Source of the DNA: Eledone cirrhosa
Taxonomy: Eukaryota
Length of the DNA: 64,000 nt
Direction of reading: 5' to 3'
Assembly: GCA_964016885.1 (NCBI GenBank)
Contig: OZ024743.1
Coordinates: 69,006,001-69,070,000, forward strand
Of this stretch, positions 53,576 through 64,000 are shown piece by piece. The notes beneath the pieces were generated by a model. It made no database searches, had not been told where the DNA came from, and saw only the letters and a program-made list of their open reading frames with translations. Positions within the stretch are counted from its first letter, which is position 1, and each line of letters opens with the position of its first letter. The translations under genes and the position numbers were made by a program.

Positions 53576-53809
53576 TCATCCGTCCCGCTCGTTTTTATTT
53601 TAATTTTAATTTTAAACACTTTTTTTACTCCCTTTTTAATTAACTTTTTGCACTGAATTTGACAAGATCGATTTTAATACATCGACGCCGGTAATTTAAC
53701 CATACACTTTATATACTCCATAAAATAATTTTCAAATAAGAATTGTCCCACTTTTTAAATAATACTATCTTTTCAATAATAACTCTTTCTCTATATATAT
53801 ACACACACG

Positions 53810-53873
<64 letters not shown>

Positions 53874-53876
<3 letters not shown>

Positions 53877-54438
53877 TCAGTGTATACTGATTAATGTTCA
53901 GAGCCATCCTCATCATTCTCATGTAGCACCCATCCACCATCTGAGTGAGTTTATTGGTCAGTGTCCAAGTCTCAGACCCGTACAGCAGCACAGACTCCAC
54001 TACAGCAATGAAGAGGCGGATCTTCAGGTTCCCACGAAGGTCCGACTTCCACACCGATCTCAAACTGTGGCACGCCGCCCAGTCTTTGATCTTCCTCTCA
54101 ACCACATCATCTTCCGTATTCCCAATTCAGAGCTGTACGGGAGCCTCCCAAAAGTCAGCTCAAAAGTGACACAGAGGAGACTGAGGTTAGCTGGACATGC
54201 TCACCGACTTTCAAAGTTGACACTGCACTCAGTGCTCCTGTTGGAGTCCCTGCATGGTCACACTGGAAGGGAAGACCAAGGTTAACGTATGTTGATGCCT
54301 TAAGAGCAGACACTGGTCTGTTGGAGACGCAGGACATGACAGCGATAATGAGGGAGAGAGACTGCTGGAGAGAGACTGCTGGAGAGAGACTGCTGGAGAG
54401 AACTCGTCCATGGATCTCTGGAATTTTACACGCCCTAG
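53874..54438. mobile_element. RTE-type LINE 3' fragment with 5' inversion, in (TA)n
   Basis: Minus segment (..LLYGSETWTL..MALNINQYTLRI) continues as plus segment (RIPNSELYG..RLRLAGH..GRPRLTYVD). Confidence 0.85.
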
Positions 54439-54450
54439 ATATATATATAT

Positions 54451-54939
54451 GTAAATATCTTTAAGTCGTTTGGAAGTCTCGACAATGCAAGTGGGTAAAT
54501 CTCCGGGTAACACGATCCGGTGGTGGAGAGAGAGATGTAAGTGGGTGTACGTTGAGATGCGTGGTGTGTATAAGACGTGTAGAGGAATGAAGGAAAGAGT
54601 ATAAAGGATAAAATAAAAATAAGAACGCGAGAGAGAGTTACCTTGGGAGAGATTTAATTGTCCCTATATATTTCGGATTCACATCCATCAACTGGGTTTT
54701 TTTTCCGGGGTGGGGGAAAGGTTGTCTGTTGGAAAGGTGCGAAACGCGTCCTCCGCTGTTTGTTGTTTTGATATTATTTTATCCTTTATACTCTTTCCTT
54801 CATTCTTCTACACGTCTTATACACACCACGCATCTCAACGTACACCCACTTACATCTCTCTCTCCACCACCTGATCTTGTTACCCGGAGATTTACCCATT
54901 TGCATTGTCGAGGCTTCCAAACGACTTAAAGATATTTAC
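54451..54939. repeat. Fold-back with ~175-bp arms; spacer holds HHR 3' half GAAACGCGTC
   Basis: Arms 54451-54626 and 54762-54939. Confidence 0.9.
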
Positions 54940-55003
54940 CTATTATTCCACAATGCTTCAAGCAAACTTCAATACTCTCATATATATATATATATATATG
55001 AAT

Positions 55004-55158
55004 AGATTCGGGACCCCGATGGCAGAGCTCAAGCCGTTTCGACGGCTTGAGCTCTGCCGTCGGGGTCCTGAATTTTTCCTATTACCCACTCTACTACCCA
55101 AAGTATCGAGTACTCTGCTGCGTTATGGTCCGCCTGGTTCCTTACCACACTTCCTTCA
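55004..55158. repeat. Family C mini fold-back in (TA)n
   Basis: Hairpin centred on AAGCCGTTTCGACGGCTT; homolog of 4932-5118. Confidence 0.75.
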
Positions 55159-55189
55159 TATATATATATGATTCATATATATATAGATT

Positions 55190-55229
55190 CCGAGCTGAAG
55201 ATCCGCTAAGGTGAAACAATTGTTCTCGG
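55190..55229 (+). ncRNA. Minimal HHR in ~140-bp solo pLTR piece of the PLE2 family
   Basis: CCGAG-CTGAAGA-TCC gctaa GGT-GAAAC-AATT-GTT-CTCGG. Confidence 0.8.
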
Positions 55230-55323
55230 TATGGTGAACTAACTGTTGTTTAACCACTTATACCTAACTCGTGCCTTGGACTGAGTGCTCTACCACTACG
55301 GATATTACCTTCCAGTGTTCCAC

Positions 55324-55361
<38 letters not shown>

Positions 55362-55366
<5 letters not shown>

Positions 55367-55609
55367 TGTAATAAACAACATGAGATAATTATTTCATTTT
55401 CCAGTGATTTCTTGAAAGCAAACACAATTTGCTTTCAGTCATCAGAATGTATTTATTGACAGTGGATTTTAAAAACAAAAATATAATCTATATGAAAGTG
55501 AGGCCGGAAAAGGAAGGAGGAAAGGAAAAAGAATAAATATAAAAATAGATAAACACACATGCACACACACACACACACGCACACACACATATACATACAC
55601 ACATACACA

Positions 55610-55647
<38 letters not shown>

Positions 55648-55677
55648 CATGCTACATGCACACATATATACACATAC

Positions 55678-55713
<36 letters not shown>

Positions 55714-56089
55714 CCATACATACACATACACATAAATACACAAAAACACACACACACACACATATATATATATACACACATAATCATACATATACACACA
55801 CGTACCTACACACACATACATACACACATATATACACGCATACATGCGCACACACATATAGACCTACATACGCACATACACAGTTAATTATGAGAAAAAA
55901 CAAAAAAACAATGTACAACGATATATAATCCAATAGACCGTCACATAAAAATAAAAAAATATACGACTTAAGTTGACAGCGATACAGACAGGTGAGGACA
56001 CAAATAAATAAACGAACACACGAACTAAGAAATACAGACATTTACACATACACATACATAGATATAAATATATACATACACTCACACAT

Positions 56090-56143
<54 letters not shown>

Positions 56144-56443
56144 TTATACACACACACATACACATATATATATATAAGAAAATACATAAATATTATATAT
56201 ATTTATAAATTAAAATGTGGAAGGGGTAAACAAATAGTTGAGAATACGACAAATACTAAATAAATAAATAAATGGATAAAGGTATAAATGTGTATAGCTG
56301 ATTTAGAGCACTCAACAAGTTCCTGGAGCAAATAATCAATGAAAATAACATTAAATCACTCTGTATGTAATTATGCATATACATACACATATATATACAC
56401 ACAAACACACCAACTCAACCATACAAATGCACACATACATATA

Positions 56444-56508
<65 letters not shown>

Positions 56509-57027
56509 AAATTAAGATATATCAAAATGAATTTAATCTAAATCAAAATATGGGTGGCATGCCAGAAAGGCATGCGCCATATTACCCGCAAAATAAGCTC
56601 TAAGAGTCTAACGAATAGGTCCGAGTATTTTATAACAACTAGAAATTGATTAACATATAACTAAACATGAATAATCACAGGATGTGGTTTACCATTCGAT
56701 TAATTGGTGAAATATATTTATTTAATGGAATATATACAGGGAAGATTAATCATATTATAAGTATCTATTTTTGAAGTTCTAGTTAACTTTATTTAGTTAC
56801 CTACCTAGCTATGTGTGCTTATACACTTGTAAAAATTATCTCCTGTGATTATTCATGTTTATTTATATGTTAATCAATTTCTAGTTGTTATATATATATA
56901 GGAAAAAGTATGACCGACGGCATATAAATACATATATATATATAAAATACACATATACACACACACACTAATATACACACACACATATACAAAACGTTAC
57001 ATCACCACTTTAATAAAAATACATACC

Positions 57028-57091
<64 letters not shown>

Positions 57092-57152
57092 CATATACAT
57101 ACAGATATATATAATTATATACACATATATACATACATATATATATATATAC

Positions 57153-57223
<71 letters not shown>

Positions 57224-58492
57224 TACACATGTACACAACACATACATACACACAGAAATAAATATATATAAATAAAAAAAGGTGGGTATATAAAGGGTAA
57301 GGTAGAAAGTAGGGGGAATAAGGAAAATAAATAACATAGGAAAAAGTTTAAATATAAGGGGAGATAAGGAAGAAAAAGAATATAAGAATACAGAAAGTGA
57401 GTTCAGAGAGTAATAAAAATCGTAGTGGATGTAAGGCGTAGAGAGCAGAGAAGAAATTCAAGGTGGTTGAGTCATCGTAGGAATGTCAATCCAGTTACAG
57501 AGCAGATGTGATTTTAGGTGAGGACAACATCTGAAGATCTCGGTCTTGGAGTTCAAGCAAGTTGAAGTGGCTTTCAAGTTTTGTAGAATTCTAAATTGTT
57601 CAGTGGTACACAAAGAACAATGCTTTGTGCCCCTTTGGTATTCCCTCGAATGTTCTAAAATAGACCAATTTATAGAGTACGGGATGTTTTTATCTTTGAA
57701 TTACCACACCTTATTTGCGAGAGCCGTTGCTGTTCTTTTATCAGAGTGTTTAAAAGAAGCGACATGTGCATAACACCTCGTGTTGAACCTGTCCTGAGTC
57801 ATGCCAACATATCGTTCACTCTTGGCTGGCTGGTTGTTAATCAAAGGTGTCACTTTGGCCTCATATACAACGGATTTGGTATTACATTTGCCCTGTAATG
57901 GGCATCCATCCGGCTTCCTGCAACTGCATCCTGGGTTTATTCTCGTACGATTAGAATTGGTGATTTTAGACTTCATTGATGGGCAGCAAGAGTAACTGAT
58001 TTTAACTACATTTCTATTAAATATCTTATAATATCTATGATTAGGGAGAAAATGTTTGTCTAAGGGGTCAAGAAATTTCCTTCCTACATTAGTTTTGACA
58101 GTTAGAAAGAAGGGGGGGGGGGTGTAAACCAAATAATTTTCCTTTTCCTATTATTGTGATTAGTTTTAGGGTGAGGAGTAGGTAAATATTTAATGTGTTC
58201 TGTAAAGCTGCTGTTATTAAGGGCTTTATTATAATAAGGGGCGGCTTTGTTAAAAATGTCTAGAGACGAAGATAAGGTAGAAATTCTACGGCTAATATTG
58301 GGAATAAGATTTTTGAAAACTATAGGGGGATGGAAGACTCTTTGTGTATATATATAAGATTTTCGTTAGGTTTATGATAAGGTTTAAAAGAGGCAGTAAG
58401 TAGATCAAGATAAATGTCAAGAAAGTTAGCATTGGTAAGGTTCGTATCTATAGTAATTTTAAGGTTTAGATTAGCAAAAGTATTGATTAAAT

Positions 58493-58497
<5 letters not shown>
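55362..58497 (-). mobile_element. 5'-truncated decayed PLE (PLE5) with long microsatellite-rich 3' region ending in an HHR (55393-55451)
   Basis: NFLDIYLDL..PYHKPNE (58320-58497), PPFFLTVKTNVG..KISYSC..GCSCRKPDGCPLQGKC..VVYEA..YVGMT (ORF 57701-58132), CSLC, CCPH; the extent below ~57260 is inferred from homology to 50860-52528. Confidence 0.8.
56631..56892. repeat. Fold-back with ~52-bp arms
   Basis: 56631-56682 vs 56840-56892; spacer resembles 63935-64000. Confidence 0.75.
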
Positions 58498-58544
<47 letters not shown>

Positions 58545-58547
<3 letters not shown>

Positions 58548-59038
58548 CAAATGAATATATGATAAGGATAAACACTGATACAAGTATACATGTGTTCGCA
58601 TTGCAAATGACCAAATTAGCTAGATTGAAACATACTAATTAAAATAATACGGTTTGCCTGTCTCGATTTAAAATAATAAATCAATAAAAACAAACCTATA
58701 TTGGCATGTGACACATGTGACACATGTGCGTTCAACAACACATTTCTCTCAGTCTTCTTAAGTATTTTAAAGTGAAACTTACCAATTTCTGGATACCCGC
58801 AGAAGAGCACAGAAATAGTAACTTTCACATAATTGTTGCGAAACAAATTAAACATTTTTCCGGGTATCACGGCTATTGCCAACATAGGTTTGTTTTTAAC
58901 GATTTATTATTTTGAATCAAGACAGGCAAACCGTATTATTTTAATTAGTATTTTTCAATCTAGCTAACTTGGTCATTTGCAATGCGAACACACGTATACT
59001 TGTATCAGTGTTTATCCCTATCATATATTCATTTGTAT
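58545..59038. repeat. Fold-back with ~160-bp arms and a variant HHR in the spacer (58792-58868)
   Basis: Arms 58545-58706 / 58877-59038; GATACCCG-CAGAAGA-...-GAAAC-...-TC-CGGGTATC. Confidence 0.85.
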
Positions 59039-59120
59039 TACACGGCTCGGAAATATTCCTCTCTTTGGGCTATTTAATTTTAAAAGACTATTTTGAGTTT
59101 ATAACTCTATATATAATATA

Positions 59121-59241
<121 letters not shown>

Positions 59242-59785
59242 GTGTTTTTGTGCGTGCATGTGTGTGTGTGTGTGTTTGTGTGTGTGTCTGTGTGTGTGTG
59301 TTTGATCTCCGTCAATTCTGACGAGTGCTCCTCTTCTTTGATCCACAGAACTGCTTACAGACCTATGAAGCCGTAACATAATTCTCAGGGAGATTCACTG
59401 TGAAATCTTATTGGCATGATGGCCTTTTAAATTACTGATTCGACTGGTCTTTTTTCAAAGAGGAAGTGCTGGAAATCGTGAAATTATGTGCTTTCAAGTC
59501 CAGAGCACGCCGCTGGGAATCGAACTCACATCCTTATGATCTCGAGCTTTAAACGATAAAACCATACCCCTTCAAATCTCTCACTTATTATACTGATGAG
59601 ATTATTGCAGCCAATCTGTCGAACCCGACAGGTTTGCGGTTGTACCCTTGGCAGTGGAGACTTCTGGTGTCCTCGGCCCTAGGTCTACCTCCCTACTCAC
59701 CACCAAAGTCGCTGAGCTGGCCAGCCGCAAGTGTGAGATTCGCGAGCTGGAATGGCATCTGCCTTGCTGTCCCCCTGGGAAACGC

Positions 59786-60703
59786 GGCGATACTTAGTTT
59801 TAGTGTCCTAAATGATCATCATCGACAATCAGTTATTAGCTCCACCCACTACACGTTACGTCACCACACGTCATCAGCTGCTGCTGCTTGGTTTTTACTT
59901 TACATGCTTCATTTTTATACGGAAAAACACTGAATTTTTATAATAAATATTTATTAAAATATTAAGAGAGAAAATTAGAAAACAGAAAAATATTGTTGCG
60001 AAACAGTTTTTAACAACAGAAAAAAAATTGCTTTAAACAATATATTGATGCGATATACAGTATTTCTTTTACTGCAATATTTTTCTACATGAAATCCCTG
60101 ATCGTACTGCTGAGACTCTGCTGCCTCTCATTGAAAGGCACTGTGCAAATGGATCGATGATCCATACAGATGAGTGGCGGGCATACAATCAAATACCAAA
60201 TTTGCCTGGTCGTTATACACATCTGACTGTCAATCATTCGCAGCATTTCGTTGATCCCATATCAAGTACACACACGCAAAATATTGAGGGGATGGGTCTC
60301 ATGCCAAAAAAAAATTGAAACACATCAATGCTACCAGCCGACCACTATTTCAGTCGTATTTAAGGGAAATTGAGTGGCGATGGCGCAATGCCACGTATCC
60401 AACTGGTGAAGATAAATGTTTCGAAAAGATTTTAAACTGTATATCGCAACAATATATTGTTTAAAGAAAAAAAATACTGTATATCGCAACAATATATTGT
60501 TAAAGAATTTTTTCTGTGAAAAACTGTAAATAAATATTTATTTTGTTAAAAAATAAATCAAAAATCTAATTTTCTCTGTTAATATTTTTAGTTTTTCCGT
60601 GTAAAAATGAAGCATGCTGATGACGTGCGTGACGTACGTGTAGTGGGTGGAGCTAATAACTGATTGTCGATTATCATTTAGGACACTAAAACCAAGTATC
60701 GCC
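59786..60703 (+). mobile_element. Internally deleted Merlin (IS1595/ISXO2-like) DNA transposon
   Basis: Long imperfect TIRs starting GGCGATACTT; 8-bp TSD GGAAACGC (59778-59785, 60704-60711). Confidence 0.92.
60091..60463 (+). pseudogene. Merlin/IS1595 DDE transposase C-terminal fragment, one frameshift
   Basis: DRTAETLLPLI..IHTDEWRAY..VNHSQHFVDP..HTQNIEG/WSHAK..YLREIEWR. Confidence 0.9.
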
Positions 60704-61434
60704 GGAAACGCATTCTCCATTGTGTCCGCCGTGGATATGGGGAGGCCACCGATATGATTGATTGACTTGTCATTTTATCAGTCAGATGTTCAAATAATTC
60801 TATATATTTAATTACATAAAATAAATGCTATATAAGTATTACTTCGAGATTTGTGTAGCTAGCTATACAGAAAAAAAAAAGGAAAAATATCATGGACAGT
60901 CTACTTGCTTAAGTTATAATTATCGGGGTAAGACCTGCGACAAAACCGAGGACAGAGACGGGTATCAGAGATTCTAGTTAAAATGCTTGCCAACAAGAGA
61001 AATTAGCTGCAAGCACCCGAAGAAAGGGTAGCGGTAATAGTGATAATGTTAAGCCCTGTAGCATGCTAAATAAATATATGGACATTCCTTCGTCATATCA
61101 GCGTTGGTTGGAGCACCTGGAGGAAAACTACGTTGTCGGAATAGACAGAAATTGTCTGTGATCTCCATAGAGGAGCGACCTGTTCAATAGTTCTGTATAT
61201 ATATGTATATATATATATATGAGAATAACTATTGCTGTATGTTTATGTTTGTATATGTATATATAAATAGGTATGTCTATGAATGTATATAAGTGACTGT
61301 GCATATGAATGTGTATGTGGAGATAAATATGTGTATCTGTCTGTGCCTCGGTGTGAGTATATATGTGTTTCGCTGTGTGTGTGTATGTGTATATAAATAC
61401 CTGTCTGCGCGTGTGCATGAGCATGTATGTGTGT

Positions 61435-61606
61435 CTATGTGTAGGTATATATATATGTATCTATGTGATTGTATGTGTAGGTAAATATATGTATCTATGT
61501 GGATGTATGTGTAGGTAAATATATGTATCTATGTGGATGTATGTGTAGGTAAATATATGTATCTATGTGGATGTATGCGTTGGTAAATATATGTATCTAT
61601 GTGCAT
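61435..61606. repeat. 34-bp minisatellite, ~5 units
   Basis: GTATGTGTAGGTAAATATATGTATCTATGTGGAT. Confidence 0.85.
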
Positions 61607-61790
61607 GTGTGTGGTTAATTGTGTGTGTGTGTTAGTGTCAGACGAGTGTAGTGAATGTTGTCATCGTAAACACAACCCTTTGTTGTACACACCTTTGCTG
61701 ACCGGATATAGGAAACTGGAAACTGTCTTTGATATTGGGAACAAAAGTCATTCATTCATTGATTCAAATAGCGCCATTACAACCACCGCC

Positions 61791-62006
61791 AACACCACCG
61801 CCATTACTACCACCACCAACACCACCGCCATTACTACCACCACCAACACCACCGCCATTACTACCACCACCAACACCACCGCCATTACTACCACCACCAA
61901 CACCACCGCCATTACTACCACCACCAACACCACCGCCATTACTACCACCACCAACACCACCGCCATTACTACCACCACCAACACCACCGCCATTACTACC
62001 ACCACC
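61791..62006. repeat. 27-bp minisatellite, 8 perfect units, followed by (CTA)n and AAC/GAC low complexity to ~62760
   Basis: AACACCACCGCCATTACTACCACCACC x8. Confidence 0.9.
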
Positions 62007-62165
62007 AACACCACCGACATTAACACCAGCACCATTCTCCCTGCCACCACCACATTTACTAACACTGTCAATTGCACCATTACCACCACCACCATTACTA
62101 ATATTGTCAACCACACCACCGCCACTCTCACAACGACATTCAAAAATAACAACTACAATAACAAT

Positions 62166-62233
<68 letters not shown>

Positions 62234-63249
62234 GTAGCAACGACTACTACATCTACAACAACCACAACAAAGTTAATCAGTATTAAAGCCTCCACTACTA
62301 CACCTATATCTACAAGTAGATCTATGACTAATGACTACAACACTTATAACAACTATATATGTCACAACAACAACAACAACAACAACAACGACAACGACAG
62401 CATCAACAGCTACACGACTGCAACAACGACAACAACAACGTCAACTACAACGATATCAACAACGACGACAATGACAGCATCAACAGCAACAACAACAGCA
62501 ACAACGACAGCATCAACAACAACAACAACAACAACAACGACAACGACAACAACTACAACGACAACGACAGCATCAACAGCTACAACGACGACAACAACGA
62601 CAACGACAACGACAACGACAGCTACAACAACAACAACAACTACTACTACTACTACAACGACAACGATAACTACAACGGCAACATCAACAGCTACAACGAC
62701 GACAACAACAAGTACGGCTACAACTACAAAGACGACAACAAAAACAAAGACTGATACAACCTCCTTCCCTATAAATGCAAGATCTTATCAGAATGATAGT
62801 CAACTAAATGAGGTTAAGTCATCAATTTCTTAAACAATGCACTTCCTAGTCAACTCTCTGACACTGTCTATTGAAATATTGACGCCGATGAAAGGGCCTA
62901 GACCCAAACGTCAGACAAGGCACACCTGTAAAACCACACTTTCCACTCCTATTGCCCTCATAAACTGACACTACTTTTGTTACTGTTTCGTCATGTATAG
63001 GTGCAGCCATGGCTGTCTGATTAAGGTATACGTTTCCAGACCATGTGTTGTTGAGTTCGCTCAAACCGTACGGCTCCGTGGTCAAATGTTTTTCACTATA
63101 GCATTGAGTGGGGCAATGATTTTTGTCCGAAGATTGATTTAATTAGACAGAAATAGCACAAGTCTATGTATATTTTAAACTGAAGCTGTTAAAATCATTC
63201 CATACTAACACACACACACACTTGTGCATACCTATATCTCTCTACCTCT

Positions 63250-63318
<69 letters not shown>

Positions 63319-63461
63319 ATGTATAATAAACAATACAATATAATTACCTCATTATTAGAGGTTTCCCGAATAAGACGAATACGAAAGAAACGTCCTCATT
63401 CGTTCGTCGGACAAGGCAATATAAAACATTTATAAATTTCAACAGAAAAAGGCGAGTGCTT

Positions 63462-63505
63462 AGCTCTGATGAATACCAACAGTATGAAACAGAGATCTGT
63501 CAGCT
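63462..63505 (+). ncRNA. Type I minimal hammerhead ribozyme
   Basis: AGCT-CTGATGA-ATAC caaca GTAT-GAAAC-AG agat CT-GTC-AGCT; canonical core with GUC site, in a ~270-bp insert between TA-rich tracts. Confidence 0.9.
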
Positions 63506-64000
63506 TATCTCCCTTTGTTTGTTGAAAAAAGAAGTAAGTGACATAGTCACTACATTAAAACAATAGCGTAAGGTCTTCAAAATGTTTTTAATTAAGCATA
63601 CAGTATATTGCCAAATATACTATATATATATACATTCATATATGCATCGCTATTTCAGAGCACCAATTCTAATATATATATATATGTATGTATATATATA
63701 ATTAGTATTTACGGCTCCTAAGTCTACTGGTAGAGATGTTTATGTTGAAAGGACTGGGCTGTTATTTCTAGCTGTCGATAACCCTTTTCACGCCACTGGC
63801 TTGACGGCAGGGCGATGTGTGTTTTTTAAACCACATGTGCTTTTTCACCATTATTCCCCGATTTGCTTTTAGCGTTTAATCATAGATAGTTGAATCTTCT
63901 CCTTTGCCGATGATCCAAGATTTGATATCTATGATTCACTGATTAATGGTGAAATATATTTCTTCAATGGAATATATACAAAGGAGATTAATCATTCTTG

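Noticed and set aside
61435-62006. Tandem arrays as CRISPR
   Set aside because: No spacers, no cas genes, eukaryotic context
62846-63085. 79-aa minus-strand ORF of normal composition
   Set aside because: No recognisable domain or convincing splice signals; adjacent to a SINE-like tail

Overview
AT-rich, microsatellite-saturated animal genomic DNA, most likely from an octopod cephalopod, judged from the recurrent tRNA-derived SINE with the GCCTTTCATCCTTACGGGGTCGATAAAATAAAGTACCAGT core. No intact host gene can be supported; the best candidate is one 59-bp first coding exon at 42525-42467 (-). Almost all ORF-track entries are translations of (TA)n, (TG)n or trinucleotide repeats. The window is dominated by decayed Penelope-like retroelements (PLEs; RT + CxCx5CPLxxxC linker + C-terminal GIY-YIG, Naiad-like) and their pLTR fragments, nearly all sitting in (TA)n tracts. 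By eye I count about 21 type I minimal hammerhead ribozyme (HHR) motifs, intact or singly mutated, from about a dozen distinct sequence families. There are also about 15 fold-back (inverted) insertions, including a ~1.5 kb palindrome and a perfect 164-bp-arm palindrome that each carry an HHR on both arms. Also present: RTE LINEs (one with a PHD-like finger, one with a 5' inversion), an R4/Dong-like fragment, a non-autonomous Helitron, a Merlin/IS1595 element with an 8-bp TSD whose empty site occurs in the same window, a MITE and more than a dozen SINEs. All calls are by manual reading; coordinates of decayed elements are approximate.
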